Assembly (NCBI GenBank): GCA_964610025.1 | Contig: CAZSTX010000001.1 | Coordinates: forward strand, 8,219 to 72,218 | Origin: an uncultured Lentimicrobiaceae bacterium | GTDB lineage: Bacteria > Bacteroidota > Bacteroidia > Bacteroidales > WCHB1-69 | Length of the DNA: 64,000 nt | Reading direction: 5' to 3' | Shown: piece by piece, positions 28,418-38,330 of the stretch | Layout of the letters: each line of letters begins with the position of its first letter | Position numbering within the stretch: position 1 is the stretch's first letter | Program-made: the position numbers and the translations under genes | The notes under the pieces: generated by a model | The model's input: only the letters and a program-made list of their open reading frames with translations | What the model was told of the DNA's origin: nothing | Databases searched by the model: none

Positions 28418-31400
28418 TTATAGCGTAACTTTTTTATCTGTTTTCTTAAAAACTAACCAGTAACTGACTGGTAATACAGTAACTACAAATAACATTGACA
28501 GCCAAGTGCCAAAGCAAATAACTACCCCCATAGGTGCCCATAAAGTGCTTTTGCTGATAATCATTGGAATAACTCCCATTGAAGCAGCAGCTGATGTTAG
28601 GAAAATAGGACGCATTCTGCGTTTTCCAGCTTCTAAAGCAGCATCGTAAGCGGTTTTCCCATGTATTAGTCGTAATTCTTCGGCATAATCATACATGATA
28701 ATACCATTACGGACAATAATCCCCATCAAGGCTACTAATCCTAATACAGAGGTAAGAGAGTATTCCATTCGCATTATTAATATTCCTACCGAACCTCCAA
28801 AAACAGATAACATAGCAGTAGAAAAGATAAGCAAAGCTAAATTGATTTTTCGGAAATGGAATACTAAAATCATAAAAATAATAGCTACAGCGATAATTAA
28901 ACCATAGACAATCGTTGGCATTAGCATCATATCTTGTTCGCGTACACCTCCCCAATTTATTGTTACAGATTTTGGAAGTTGAATGTGTTTTTTTATATTT
29001 GATGCTATTTGAGACGTAACATTTACAACATTATATCCTCTATTTACTTCTGCTAATAGTGTTAAGCAATAAACGCCATTTCTTCTAACTATTTGTCCTG
29101 GCGTGAAGTCGGCAGTTGTAGTTGCTAATTGACGTAGTGGTACTGTATTGCCAATTAGGGTGGAAATATATTCGTCTGGAATGTCGTTAAAATTGGGCTG
29201 TTTATCACTTTCTGCTTTTAGCACTACATCTACTGAATAGTCATCTTCCCAGATAGATGTAATAGGTATTCCACTACTAAATCGTAAAGCTAAATTATTA
29301 GCGACATCTATTTTTGATATTCCTAAATTATTAGCTTCTACATTGTCAATATTTACCAGAACGCCTGGTTGCAAATCTTTGTAATCGGAATGAACGAATA
29401 ATATTTCTTTCATGTTTTTTATTTCTTTTAAAAGTATGCTTTCGGCAAGAAGTAAATCGGGTAAATGATTGCCTGTTATTTGCAATTCTATAGGATAAGA
29501 AGCAAAAACAAAATCTAATTGTTTAAATCTTACAAGGGCATTAGGGAAATAATTCACATAAGTAGCAGCATAGTCATCAAGAACATCTATTGTTGATTGA
29601 ATATCAGTTGTGCTTACGATAAATTGCGCATAGTTTTCACCAGGGATATTGGGGGCGTAGCAAGTATGAAAACGAGGAGATGAAGCGCCTATAAAAGAAG
29701 TGATAGAAGTAATTCTTTTATCTTTATTGAGTAAATTTTCTAAAGAGTCTGCTATTTTTTCAGTAATATTAAGAGGTGTGCCAGTAGGTAAGTATATTTC
29801 AACGGCAAATTGATTACGTTCTGTAATAGGCATCATTTTTTGCGGTAAATTAAAGAAAACAATACTTCCGACCAATATGGCACCAATAGCCGTAAAAATG
29901 GTTAATCGTGCATATTTGAAAGCGAAATGTATTACTTTATCGTATTGTTTTTGTATAAAATTAGACAAAATACTGCTTATTTGTTTTTTGTTTTTTATTT
30001 TTTCGTGTAGACCTGTTTTAATAAAAGTATATTGAATAATAGGTATAAATAGCATTGCTATTAAAAGTGAAACAAAAAGAGTTATAGTAATTGTCCAAGG
30101 GAAAGCTTGTATAAAATCGTTGAATATGCCTACCGTAGTAAATAAAAAAGGATAAAAAGTAATACTAATAGCTAAAGTAGCCGATAAGACAGATTTAAAC
30201 AGTTCTTTAGCACTTTTTACAGACGCTTCCCAGCGAGGGATATTGTGGTCTAATTTTTCTAAATAATTATCGATAATAACGACAGAATCGTCTACTATAA
30301 TCCCCAAAATGACAATTAGAGCAGCTAATGTAACAGTGTTGAGTTCAAAACCGAGTGCATGTATAATGCCTATTGAGATAAAAATAGTAATAGGAATAAT
30401 CATAGCTGCAATAGCAGCTACTCTTAAAGGTTGTAATAGCATAAGCACTAATAAAACAGTGCATATAGCTATAATCATTTCTTTAAAAAAGTTTTTGACT
30501 GAATGGTTTACCACTTCTGGTTGGTCTGCAACTTTAAACAGATGAACATCGTTGGGTAATTCATTTTGAAATTTATCCAATACTTTATTTACTTCTTGTC
30601 CGTATTTTACAATGTTATGTCCTTCTTGCATTTCGAGCGATAGCAATAAGCATTTATTGCCTTGATTTTTTATATAGCTAGTAGGGGTGGGATATTCTCT
30701 TACAATAGTTGCAATGTCTTTTAGACGTATCATATTTCCTGTTGGGTCAATATATACAATTTGTTCGCCAACATCTTTTTCGTTTTTGAATGTTTCAGAA
30801 ATATGAATAGGGGCTAATACTTGATCATTTTTTACTATCCCGCTGATAGACGAAATGCCTTGTGTAAACAAAGTTGCTAATAAAGAAGAGCTATTAATGC
30901 CATAAGCAGCTAATTTTTCTTTATTAATATAGACAGAAATTTGCTCGTGTTGCAATCCGTAATGACGCAAATTAGACACAGATTTTATTTGCCTCAATCT
31001 ATTTTCTAAATCTTCTAAATATTGTTCTAATTCTCGGTATGTTTTTTCTTCCGATTCTATAGATATTAAAAGAGCAGAAGTTTCGCCAAAATCGTTATTG
31101 GCAATTAATGTTACTACTCCTGATGGCAAAGTCTGTTTAAATTCTTTTAATCCGTGCCTAAATTTAGACCAAAATTCGTCTTTGTTTTTGATTTTATCAG
31201 ATAATTCGACGACTATAAATGCTAATCCATCTTGTGAAATAGAATAGGTTTTCTCTTTTTGAACTTCTTTATAACTAAATAAGTATTCTTCTAAAGGTTT
31301 GGTAAGTCTTTTTTCTATTTCAGAAGAAGAAACACCGGGATAGACACCAATTACAAGCCCTTGTCGTATAGTGAAAACAGGAAATTCTTGTTTAGGCATA

Positions 31401-31507
31401 AGAAACAAAGAATAAATACCAAATGCCATTAGCATAACCACAAACAGATAAACTATCTGTTTGTTTTTCATAGAAAATTCGACTATTCTTTCAACGATTC
31501 CTTTCAT
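28418..31507 (-). CDS. RND (AcrB/HAE1-type) efflux pump inner-membrane subunit
   Basis: 1029 aa with 12-TM topology and two large periplasmic loops. Typical motifs are GIIVDDSVVIIDN and MRPIFLTSAAASMGVIPM. Confidence 0.92.
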   Translation of the reverse strand: MKGIVERIVEFSMKNKQIVYLFVVMLMAFGIYSLFLMPKQEFPVFTIRQGLVIGVYPGVSSSEIEKRLTKPLEEYLFSYKEVQKEKTYSISQDGLAFIVVELSDKIKNKDEFWSKFRHGLKEFKQTLPSGVVTLIANNDFGETSALLISIESEEKTYRELEQYLEDLENRLRQIKSVSNLRHYGLQHEQISVYINKEKLAAYGINSSSLLATLFTQGISSISGIVKNDQVLAPIHISETFKNEKDVGEQIVYIDPTGNMIRLKDIATIVREYPTPTSYIKNQGNKCLLLSLEMQEGHNIVKYGQEVNKVLDKFQNELPNDVHLFKVADQPEVVNHSVKNFFKEMIIAICTVLLVLMLLQPLRVAAIAAMIIPITIFISIGIIHALGFELNTVTLAALIVILGIIVDDSVVIIDNYLEKLDHNIPRWEASVKSAKELFKSVLSATLAISITFYPFLFTTVGIFNDFIQAFPWTITITLFVSLLIAMLFIPIIQYTFIKTGLHEKIKNKKQISSILSNFIQKQYDKVIHFAFKYARLTIFTAIGAILVGSIVFFNLPQKMMPITERNQFAVEIYLPTGTPLNITEKIADSLENLLNKDKRITSITSFIGASSPRFHTCYAPNIPGENYAQFIVSTTDIQSTIDVLDDYAATYVNYFPNALVRFKQLDFVFASYPIELQITGNHLPDLLLAESILLKEIKNMKEILFVHSDYKDLQPGVLVNIDNVEANNLGISKIDVANNLALRFSSGIPITSIWEDDYSVDVVLKAESDKQPNFNDIPDEYISTLIGNTVPLRQLATTTADFTPGQIVRRNGVYCLTLLAEVNRGYNVVNVTSQIASNIKKHIQLPKSVTINWGGVREQDMMLMPTIVYGLIIAVAIIFMILVFHFRKINLALLIFSTAMLSVFGGSVGILIMRMEYSLTSVLGLVALMGIIVRNGIIMYDYAEELRLIHGKTAYDAALEAGKRRMRPIFLTSAAASMGVIPMIISKSTLWAPMGVVICFGTWLSMLFVVTVLPVSYWLVFKKTDKKVTL

Positions 31508-32526
31508 TGAATTTTTATATTACAGCCTTCACTTACTTTTTGATAGCCTTGGATTATTACTAAATTATTATCACTTAATCCTTCTTTGATAATCACTCCA
31601 AAATCACTTAATGCACCTATTTTAACATATTGTTTATGTGCTTTTCCATCTATTGCTAACCACACAAAATGTTCGCCATTATGGGTGAGTTTAACTGCTT
31701 GCACAGGAACAACTATTACTTGTGAAGAGTCGTCGGCGACAAGCTGCACTTTGCATATCATTCCAGGCATGAGTTGTTTGTCTTTATTTTCGACAGGAAT
31801 AGCAATCTCGTAGCTATGGGATAGAGGATTGGCTACAATTCCTTTCATATTTACTTTGCCTTCATAATATCTGTTATTTAATGCAGAAACAGTTATTTTT
31901 ACCGTTTGTCCTACATATACAAAAGAAATGATATTTTCGGGAATAGGGACTTTTACAATGATGTTTTTAGTGCTTAATAAGTCTATAACTTTCATTGTTG
32001 GCATTACATACATCCCTTTTTCTATATGGCGTTTTCCTATAATTCCGCTAAAATGTGCGTAAAGATTAGCATCAGAAAGATTTTTTTTAGCTATTTTTTC
32101 TGCCGATTTTGCTTTTTCGAGATTAGTAACCATTTCAATCCATTGTATTTCAGGGATACTACCTTTTTTGTGTAATTTCTCTAAACGTTCATAAGCATCT
32201 TCTGCTTGTTTAAGCATAGCAACAGCAGCATCGTAAGTGCTTTGTAGATTTTCTTTGTTTAAGGTAGCAAGTAATTTTCCTTTTTCAACATATTCTCCTT
32301 CATTAACAAATACTTGTTCGATATTTCCAGGAACAGAAAAACTCAGAGAAGATGAAAATTCTTCTTCTATTTTTCCTATATAATTTTGATAAAGTGTGTC
32401 GGCATGTAATGTTACTTTCATTATTTCAACAGTTGTAACAATAGCAGATTGTTTGCTGTTATACTGTTGGCAAGAAGTTAACAAAATAAGTGATGTATAA
32501 AAAAATATGTTTTTTAACTTTAACAT
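31504..32526 (-). CDS. RND efflux periplasmic adaptor (membrane fusion protein, HlyD family)
   Basis: 340 aa with a lipoprotein-like signal (LLTSCQ), a lipoyl/hairpin/beta-barrel pattern, and a 4-nt overlap with the RND pump gene. Confidence 0.88.
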   Translation of the reverse strand: MLKLKNIFFYTSLILLTSCQQYNSKQSAIVTTVEIMKVTLHADTLYQNYIGKIEEEFSSSLSFSVPGNIEQVFVNEGEYVEKGKLLATLNKENLQSTYDAAVAMLKQAEDAYERLEKLHKKGSIPEIQWIEMVTNLEKAKSAEKIAKKNLSDANLYAHFSGIIGKRHIEKGMYVMPTMKVIDLLSTKNIIVKVPIPENIISFVYVGQTVKITVSALNNRYYEGKVNMKGIVANPLSHSYEIAIPVENKDKQLMPGMICKVQLVADDSSQVIVVPVQAVKLTHNGEHFVWLAIDGKAHKQYVKIGALSDFGVIIKEGLSDNNLVIIQGYQKVSEGCNIKIQ

Positions 32527-32657
32527 TATTGCAATATATAATATATTATATTTAAACGTATAATATAAATAAATGTTATAGTGTTATAATAAATAAAAAC
32601 AAATTAATGTTGTGTTAAACTTTATTGATGTTTTTTTGTTACAAAATAAAAAAATCT

Positions 32658-33152
32658 ATGTCAAAAAAAGAAAAGATAGCTATATTTGCTGGTGGTTGTT
32701 TTTGGGGAGTAGAGCATTTTATGAGAAGACAAAAAGGGGTGTTGTTGGTCGAAAATGGCTATACGGGTGGAACTACTACTAATCCAAACTATGAGGAAGT
32801 TTGTCGAAATATTGGTGGACATGCCGAAGCTGTTCGTGTCGTATTTGACGAAGATAAAACAGATTTTGAAACACTTGCAAAAGTGTTTTTTGAGATACAC
32901 GACCCTACACAGTCCAATCGTCAAGGTAGTGATGTTGGATTGCAATATCGTTCTGAAATTTTCTATATAGATGAAACGCAAAAGACTATAGCTGAACGAT
33001 TAATAGCTATCTTAAAACAGAAAGGATATGATGTAAAAACACGTTTAAGGGCTGCAAGTATTTTTTATAAAGCAGAAGATTATCATCAACAATATTATTT
33101 GAGAAAGGGAAGCATTCCTTATTGTCATTTTTATACTAAGCGGTTCGATTAA
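32658..33152 (+). CDS. msrA: Peptide-methionine (S)-S-oxide reductase
   Basis: AIFAGGCFWGVEHFF-type motif (IAIFAGGCFWGVEHFM), plus GHAEAVRVVFD and HDPTQ.NRQG.D.G.QYRS. I prefer the start at 32658 (MSKKEK). Confidence 0.93.
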   Translation: MSKKEKIAIFAGGCFWGVEHFMRRQKGVLLVENGYTGGTTTNPNYEEVCRNIGGHAEAVRVVFDEDKTDFETLAKVFFEIHDPTQSNRQGSDVGLQYRSEIFYIDETQKTIAERLIAILKQKGYDVKTRLRAASIFYKAEDYHQQYYLRKGSIPYCHFYTKRFD

Positions 33153-33171
33153 TAGTGCTGAGTGTTATGTA

Positions 33172-33204
33172 AAAAGAGACTGCCTTTTCTGACAGTCTCT
33201 TTTT
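33172..33204. terminator. Bidirectional intrinsic terminator between convergent genes
   Basis: AAAAGAGACTG-ccttttctga-CAGTCTCTTTT has an 11-bp stem flanked by an A-run and a T-run, so it reads as a hairpin plus U-tract on both strands. Confidence 0.75.
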
Positions 33205-33226
33205 GTATATCATATCATTGTTTGAT

Positions 33227-34705
33227 TTATTCTTCATTTGTGAGAAGTAACTCACTTTTGTTGACGTAAATAATTCTTTCTTTATTACTTTGAATTTCAC
33301 TAGAATTAGATGGTTCGCCTTCTGTAATAAATACTAAAACAGAGATATTTTCTAATACCATTTCTTCATTGCTTATTTTCAAAGGAATGTCGTAAGTAAA
33401 TGTTTTTTGATAGCTTGTACCTTTAGATATTCCACCCATGTTTTCACCATCAACGCCTAAGATTAACTCTCTTAACATATGATTGTGTTGGTATTTATTG
33501 ATGCTATCATTCCATTTGTCTGGATTGTATTTCTTACCATTGCTTTGAGGTCCCCAAATGCTATCTTGTAAAATAGCGATGTGTATATAATTTTTTCCGT
33601 TATTTGCAGTGCTATTGTTGGTGAAGTGAGCTTGGACTTCGCATGCTAATTTACGTGTTAGTGTATCGATAGTGGTTTTAGCAGCAACATTGACATAAGA
33701 AGGTTTGGTATAGAGCTGTTCGGCAACAAATCCCCAGCCACCCCTGTTGATAGCATAAGCATATTTATTATCTCCTGTTTTTACTAACTCTCTACTTATA
33801 AGTCCACTAGGATAGCCGCTAACAAAGAAATAGCTGTTAAGCAAAGTGCCTACATTTGTTTTGTAATATGCTGCAAATGAACCAGCATGCACATTCATAT
33901 TGTAAATAATACCTGGATAAGCTTCTACTAAAGAATCGGCGATACGATGTCCATCGGGGCAGTAGCCACAATTAGTGCCGGTAAATTCTTCTATAAGAAC
34001 AGTACGATTTTGAGGAGTTTGTGTTACAAATATATTGGGATTAAATATAAAAGTAAAATCTTCACTTTCTGTTTGAGCTTGTACGATATTTGTGAATATT
34101 CCATTGTAATACACAACATATTGCATTTTATCTCCAGCCGAAAACTCTTTTGTTTGAATAGCTTTATGAGTAGGTTTTTCTATTATATTATTGCTTTTAT
34201 ATTGTATACTTGCTTCTTTTCCTGCACTAAGTGTATTAATCATTTTTATCGAAGCAATTTTATTGTTAGATTTGGCAGTTAAAAAATACATTTGAGGAAT
34301 ACCTAAATTAACAGTAAAAGTGTGAACACCAGCATTTAAAATATTACTATAACTAACTATTGTTTTCCCTAAAATATCGTGTATTTCTATAACAATATTT
34401 TCTCTTTCTCCAATAGATAGTGTAAAGTTGGTAGTTCCATTAAAAGGATTGGGTGAGTTTTGAGATAATAAAAAATCAGTATGTTGATTATAATAATCAT
34501 TAATCCCAACTGTGTACAAATCAAAAGTAGTATCTGGATAAACAAGGGTATGAGACCATTTTTTATTTAAATCAATGATAATAACGCTGTCTATTTGTAT
34601 ATAATTATCGCTTGTATTTTTACCTGTAAAAGATACGGTAACAGATTGTGAAAAAGTTTGTAAAAAAATGAAAGTAGCTGTAAATAAAATAAATATTTTT
34701 TTCAT
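33227..34705 (-). CDS. Omp28-related outer-membrane protein with an N-terminal CTD-like beta-sandwich
   Basis: 492 aa with a signal peptide. Residues ~79-157 (SPNPFNGTTNFTLSI...IHDILGKTI...GVHTFTV...MYFLTAK) look like a T9SS CTD but are internal. The C-terminal half carries the Omp28-family IEEFTGTNCGYCPDGH motif. Confidence 0.7.
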   Translation of the reverse strand: MKKIFILFTATFIFLQTFSQSVTVSFTGKNTSDNYIQIDSVIIIDLNKKWSHTLVYPDTTFDLYTVGINDYYNQHTDFLLSQNSPNPFNGTTNFTLSIGERENIVIEIHDILGKTIVSYSNILNAGVHTFTVNLGIPQMYFLTAKSNNKIASIKMINTLSAGKEASIQYKSNNIIEKPTHKAIQTKEFSAGDKMQYVVYYNGIFTNIVQAQTESEDFTFIFNPNIFVTQTPQNRTVLIEEFTGTNCGYCPDGHRIADSLVEAYPGIIYNMNVHAGSFAAYYKTNVGTLLNSYFFVSGYPSGLISRELVKTGDNKYAYAINRGGWGFVAEQLYTKPSYVNVAAKTTIDTLTRKLACEVQAHFTNNSTANNGKNYIHIAILQDSIWGPQSNGKKYNPDKWNDSINKYQHNHMLRELILGVDGENMGGISKGTSYQKTFTYDIPLKISNEEMVLENISVLVFITEGEPSNSSEIQSNKERIIYVNKSELLLTNEE

Positions 34706-34847
34706 GTTGATGAAAATTTAATTAGTTAAAATTGAATTTATACATTATTTATAATAATAATAATTTTGCAAAAATACTATTTTTTTTCAAGCAGTATGAT
34801 TTTTTTTTTATTTTATAAAAAAAAATAAAAATTTGTTTTATATGTTA

Positions 34848-36293
34848 TTATTGGGAGTTAATAAAACTCTTAATATACGGCACTTCATTGTTGAGATACT
34901 GGGCAATAAGATTTTTATAAACTTTTATTCCTTTTTCAAGACCTTCAATAGAAATTCGTTCATTAACATTATGTATGCTTGCTATTTCTTCGTAGGTCAA
35001 AAATAAAGGTAAAATCCCATAAGTGGGAATTCCTTTAGCTCTAAAATAATTGTTGTCGTTTGAGGCGGGTACAATAATAGGAATTACGGCTATGGAATCA
35101 TAAACTGATTCTAAAGCTTTTTTCATTGCAAAATAATGCTGGTCAGGAAGAGTGGTGGGAGCAGAAACTCCTTCTTTAAGAATGTTAATGTGAATAGAAT
35201 CATTAAAAATAGAGCGTTTAATTTGTTTAATAAATTGTTCACTTTTTGTGCCGGGAAGTAAACGGCAATCTAATACTGCTTTGGTTTGAGTTGCTATGAT
35301 ATTGGCTGGTCCAGGGGTAGAATAGAGATTAGTGATTGTAATGGTATTGCTTACTACGGAATAAATGACATCGTTTTTTCGAATAAAAGGACGAACAAGT
35401 AGAGAATGTTGATGTATATTCTTATAAATAGGTTTACGTATTCCTTTTTCGAGATTACCTAATTCTTTAAACATTAAGCGTGAAGCATTGCAAAATTGTA
35501 AAGGTCTTATTTGATTGAATCTAATTATGCGTTCTAATGCATTAATTTGCTGTGCTATAGAATAATTGCTGATAGGTACCGAACCATGTCCTGATTTGTT
35601 GTTGTTTAAAGTAAGCTCTAACCATAGCATTCGTTTGGCAGCCACTCCGATCCCAAATATTTTTTTTCTAGGATCTTTTTTAAGAATCTTATCTGCTCCA
35701 ACTCCGCCTTCACCAAATACAACGATGGGATTAAGGTATTCTAAGTATTGTTCAGCAACAATAGCTGCCCCTTTATCGCCTCCTATTTCTTCGGAAGAAA
35801 CGGCAAGGATAGTTATATTATAAGGTAAATCTTTTTCTTGTGCCATAGAAATAAATGCTGAAAGAGCAATAAGTTGCATTACTCCCATTCCTTTATTATC
35901 TAAAGAGCCTCTTCCCCAAATATACCCTTCGGCAATAGTTCCTGAAAAAGGAGGATAGCGATTGAATTCGTTTTCTTGGGCTTCTACTACATCGATGTGG
36001 GTGAGTAATACAACATTGGGCTTTTTTGATGTGAGTGGGTATAAAGAAGCAGCAAAATTAAACGTATCTTCTTTGTCGTTAAATAGTGTAACATATAATC
36101 CATGTTCTTGAGCGATGTGAGAAAAAAACAATCCAGCTTCTTTTTCATTTCCAGTTACAGATTTTTTCTGAATATATTCACTTAGTAAATAAGCTGAATA
36201 GGGAATAGTGTCAATAGGCTGTAATGAAATACTATATATAGTGGGTGTAATATATAGAAAGAAAAAAATATAGAAAAATGTTTTTTTTAACAT
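34848..36293 (-). CDS. M20-family metallopeptidase (dipeptidase/carboxypeptidase-like)
   Basis: 481 aa with THIDVV, GRGSLDNKG, SSEEIGG and FGEGG metal-ligand motifs. Confidence 0.85.
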   Translation of the reverse strand: MLKKTFFYIFFFLYITPTIYSISLQPIDTIPYSAYLLSEYIQKKSVTGNEKEAGLFFSHIAQEHGLYVTLFNDKEDTFNFAASLYPLTSKKPNVVLLTHIDVVEAQENEFNRYPPFSGTIAEGYIWGRGSLDNKGMGVMQLIALSAFISMAQEKDLPYNITILAVSSEEIGGDKGAAIVAEQYLEYLNPIVVFGEGGVGADKILKKDPRKKIFGIGVAAKRMLWLELTLNNNKSGHGSVPISNYSIAQQINALERIIRFNQIRPLQFCNASRLMFKELGNLEKGIRKPIYKNIHQHSLLVRPFIRKNDVIYSVVSNTITITNLYSTPGPANIIATQTKAVLDCRLLPGTKSEQFIKQIKRSIFNDSIHINILKEGVSAPTTLPDQHYFAMKKALESVYDSIAVIPIIVPASNDNNYFRAKGIPTYGILPLFLTYEEIASIHNVNERISIEGLEKGIKVYKNLIAQYLNNEVPYIKSFINSQ

Positions 36294-36324
36294 AAAAAAT
36301 ATAGATTATTAAATTTTAAAAAAA

Positions 36325-36354
36325 AGTACAAATGCAGCTAACTGCATTTGTACT
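36325..36354 (-). terminator. Intrinsic terminator after the 36431-37633 gene
   Basis: A 13-bp stem, AGTACAAATGCAG / CTGCATTTGTACT. On the - strand it is followed by TTTTTTTT. Confidence 0.75.
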
Positions 36355-36430
36355 TAAAGTTTTGTAAGTATGTGCTTAAAAAAATAATTTTAGATTTTCG
36401 TTTTAAATTAACAAATGCTTAGAGAATAAA

Positions 36431-37633
36431 TTAAAAAGCGCGAATAGGACGGTAAGGAAGACCATCTGATTTTAAAAAATTGGTTCTCCCCACTATACCT
36501 GTTTCAAATTCCAAGTAATATGCATATTTTCCATCATATTCTGTACTGCTCCAATAGGGTTTAGTACTAAAAATGGGTGTACCTTTGCTGTCTGCTGTTT
36601 TATTGATATGAAATCTGGCGTGCCACAATAAAATTAATTCATCAATGGAAGGTAAATACCAATCTCTTCCTATACCGCTGATGTTATCGAAAATATAAGA
36701 TATTCCCCTCATTAATCGATGGTTAGTCAGTCCATCATAGGTGCTAGTTCCATTAGACTGCGTTGTTGAGGTACTCCATTGATCACCATATTCTTTTGGG
36801 TGTACAATCAAACCGTGTTGCTCTCCCTTATCATCTCTGTAAATATAGAATACATAACCTCCTAAGGTGTCTTGCCCTAAGTAGAATTTATCGTTAGTAC
36901 TGATTGTGTCGTTTTTAATAATAATACATTTCCCAGCTTTTAAAGGATTTTGTTTATTGTTCCAATATGCTGTATCGGTAGTGGTAATGCTTTTTGCCAC
37001 AGAATTATTAAACACAGGGTCGGTTTCGGTATAGCTATCTAATTTATTGTTCCAATAAGCTGTGTCGGTAGTGGTAATGCTTGATGCTACAGAAACGCTA
37101 AATTCAGGATCGGTTTCAGTTTCAATATAATCACCTAAGTCTGAAATTTGACTTTCTGTAATTGTAATGCCGCTCGTTTTATCCCAATCAGTAAACACAG
37201 GGTCTGTTTCGGTAATCTCGCTTGTGAGTATTTCTGCTGTTTTTGCATGCAAAGCATAAGGTACACTTAATAACTGGCTTGTGCTGGTAATGGTATAATT
37301 GGTTCCACCAGCAGGGTCGGTTTCGGTTTTAATATAGTAAGGACCATCTGTCCAATCAATATCAGCAAAATCGCCACTGATAACAGTTCCATTGCCAATT
37401 TCGATAGTTACCAATCCATTAGCATTGCTTTTGGGTGTTTGTGTTTCTACATAAACTACTATTTCAAATGTTTCTCCTTGTAAAATACTTATTTGCATGC
37501 CTATTGTTGTGTTGGTAACTAAGGCATCACTGCTGTTACGAATAACTGCTTGATAGCTCATTTTTTGCGGCGCTTGAGCAAAAGCTCCTAATGATAATAA
37601 AATTACTGAAAATGTAAAGATTAATTTTTTCAT
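36431..37633 (-). CDS. Secreted protein with ETDP repeats and a C-terminal DUF1566 (Lcl-like) domain
   Basis: 400 aa. The N-terminus after the signal (QAPQKMSYQAVIRNSSDALV) is typical of Bacteroidota surface proteins. [TE]TDP[VE]F units repeat. The C-terminal WYLPSIDELILLW motif is DUF1566-like. Confidence 0.65.
   Translation of the reverse strand: MKKLIFTFSVILLSLGAFAQAPQKMSYQAVIRNSSDALVTNTTIGMQISILQGETFEIVVYVETQTPKSNANGLVTIEIGNGTVISGDFADIDWTDGPYYIKTETDPAGGTNYTITSTSQLLSVPYALHAKTAEILTSEITETDPVFTDWDKTSGITITESQISDLGDYIETETDPEFSVSVASSITTTDTAYWNNKLDSYTETDPVFNNSVAKSITTTDTAYWNNKQNPLKAGKCIIIKNDTISTNDKFYLGQDTLGGYVFYIYRDDKGEQHGLIVHPKEYGDQWSTSTTQSNGTSTYDGLTNHRLMRGISYIFDNISGIGRDWYLPSIDELILLWHARFHINKTADSKGTPIFSTKPYWSSTEYDGKYAYYLEFETGIVGRTNFLKSDGLPYRPIRAF
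36954..37133 (-). repeat. Tandem 90-nt (30-aa) coding duplication
   Basis: ttattgttccaataTgctgtAtcggtagtggtaatgct (36954-36990) matches ttattgttccaataAgctgtGtcggtagtggtaatgct (37044-37080). These encode ...TETDP.F..SVA.SITTTDTAYWNNK twice. Confidence 0.7.
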
Positions 37634-37638
37634 GATTC

Positions 37639-38130
37639 TTAATTTTTAATGATTTTAAATGATTTTAGTTGTTCTGATTTTTGATTTATCACATTAATAA
37701 AATAAGTTGCTTTTGGAAAATGCTGCATATCAATGTGGGTTTCATTAGCATTGATTGGAGCATTGAGTAGCAATTTTCCTTGAATATCGTAGAGACGATA
37801 AGATAATTTATCGTTATCTACTCCGACTACTGCTAATGTTAATTGATCTACTGTTGGATTAGGATAAACACTTAATGCTATGTTGGTGTTTGCTTGCTCT
37901 TTAATATCTACAGTATAGATTTCATAAGCATGCTGTACACCTTTATCAACAGTTCCTGTAGTGCTGTTATCGGAAGTGTAAAACATCTCTCCGATAGAGT
38001 AGGCAACAGTACCTCCACTTCCTGTGGCATTGCCACCAGAGGCATTGACAGATTCTTGTGCTTGCACAAATCCTCCCCATAGCAATCCTGTCATTAACAA
38101 AACTATGGGTTTAATTTTACTTTTTATCAT
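37639..38130 (-). CDS. Small secreted protein with a T9SS C-terminal sorting domain
   Basis: 163 aa with a signal peptide ending VQAQ. The C-terminus is VYPNPTVDQLTLAV...YRLYDIQGKLL...ATYFINVIN. Confidence 0.7.
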   Translation of the reverse strand: MIKSKIKPIVLLMTGLLWGGFVQAQESVNASGGNATGSGGTVAYSIGEMFYTSDNSTTGTVDKGVQHAYEIYTVDIKEQANTNIALSVYPNPTVDQLTLAVVGVDNDKLSYRLYDIQGKLLLNAPINANETHIDMQHFPKATYFINVINQKSEQLKSFKIIKN

Positions 38131-38330
38131 AATTATAGTGTATTAATTTTTCCTACTCTGTTAAAGGTTTTTCGGATACTACCTGTAATATTTATGTTAT
38201 TTTATATGAAAAATTTTACAAAGATAATGTTTTTTTATATATAATTGTGTTTTTTTTACAAATTTATTAACAAAATAATATTTTCTTTTTATTATTATAG
38301 TTAAATTTTATTTGATAGAGTAGATGTTAT

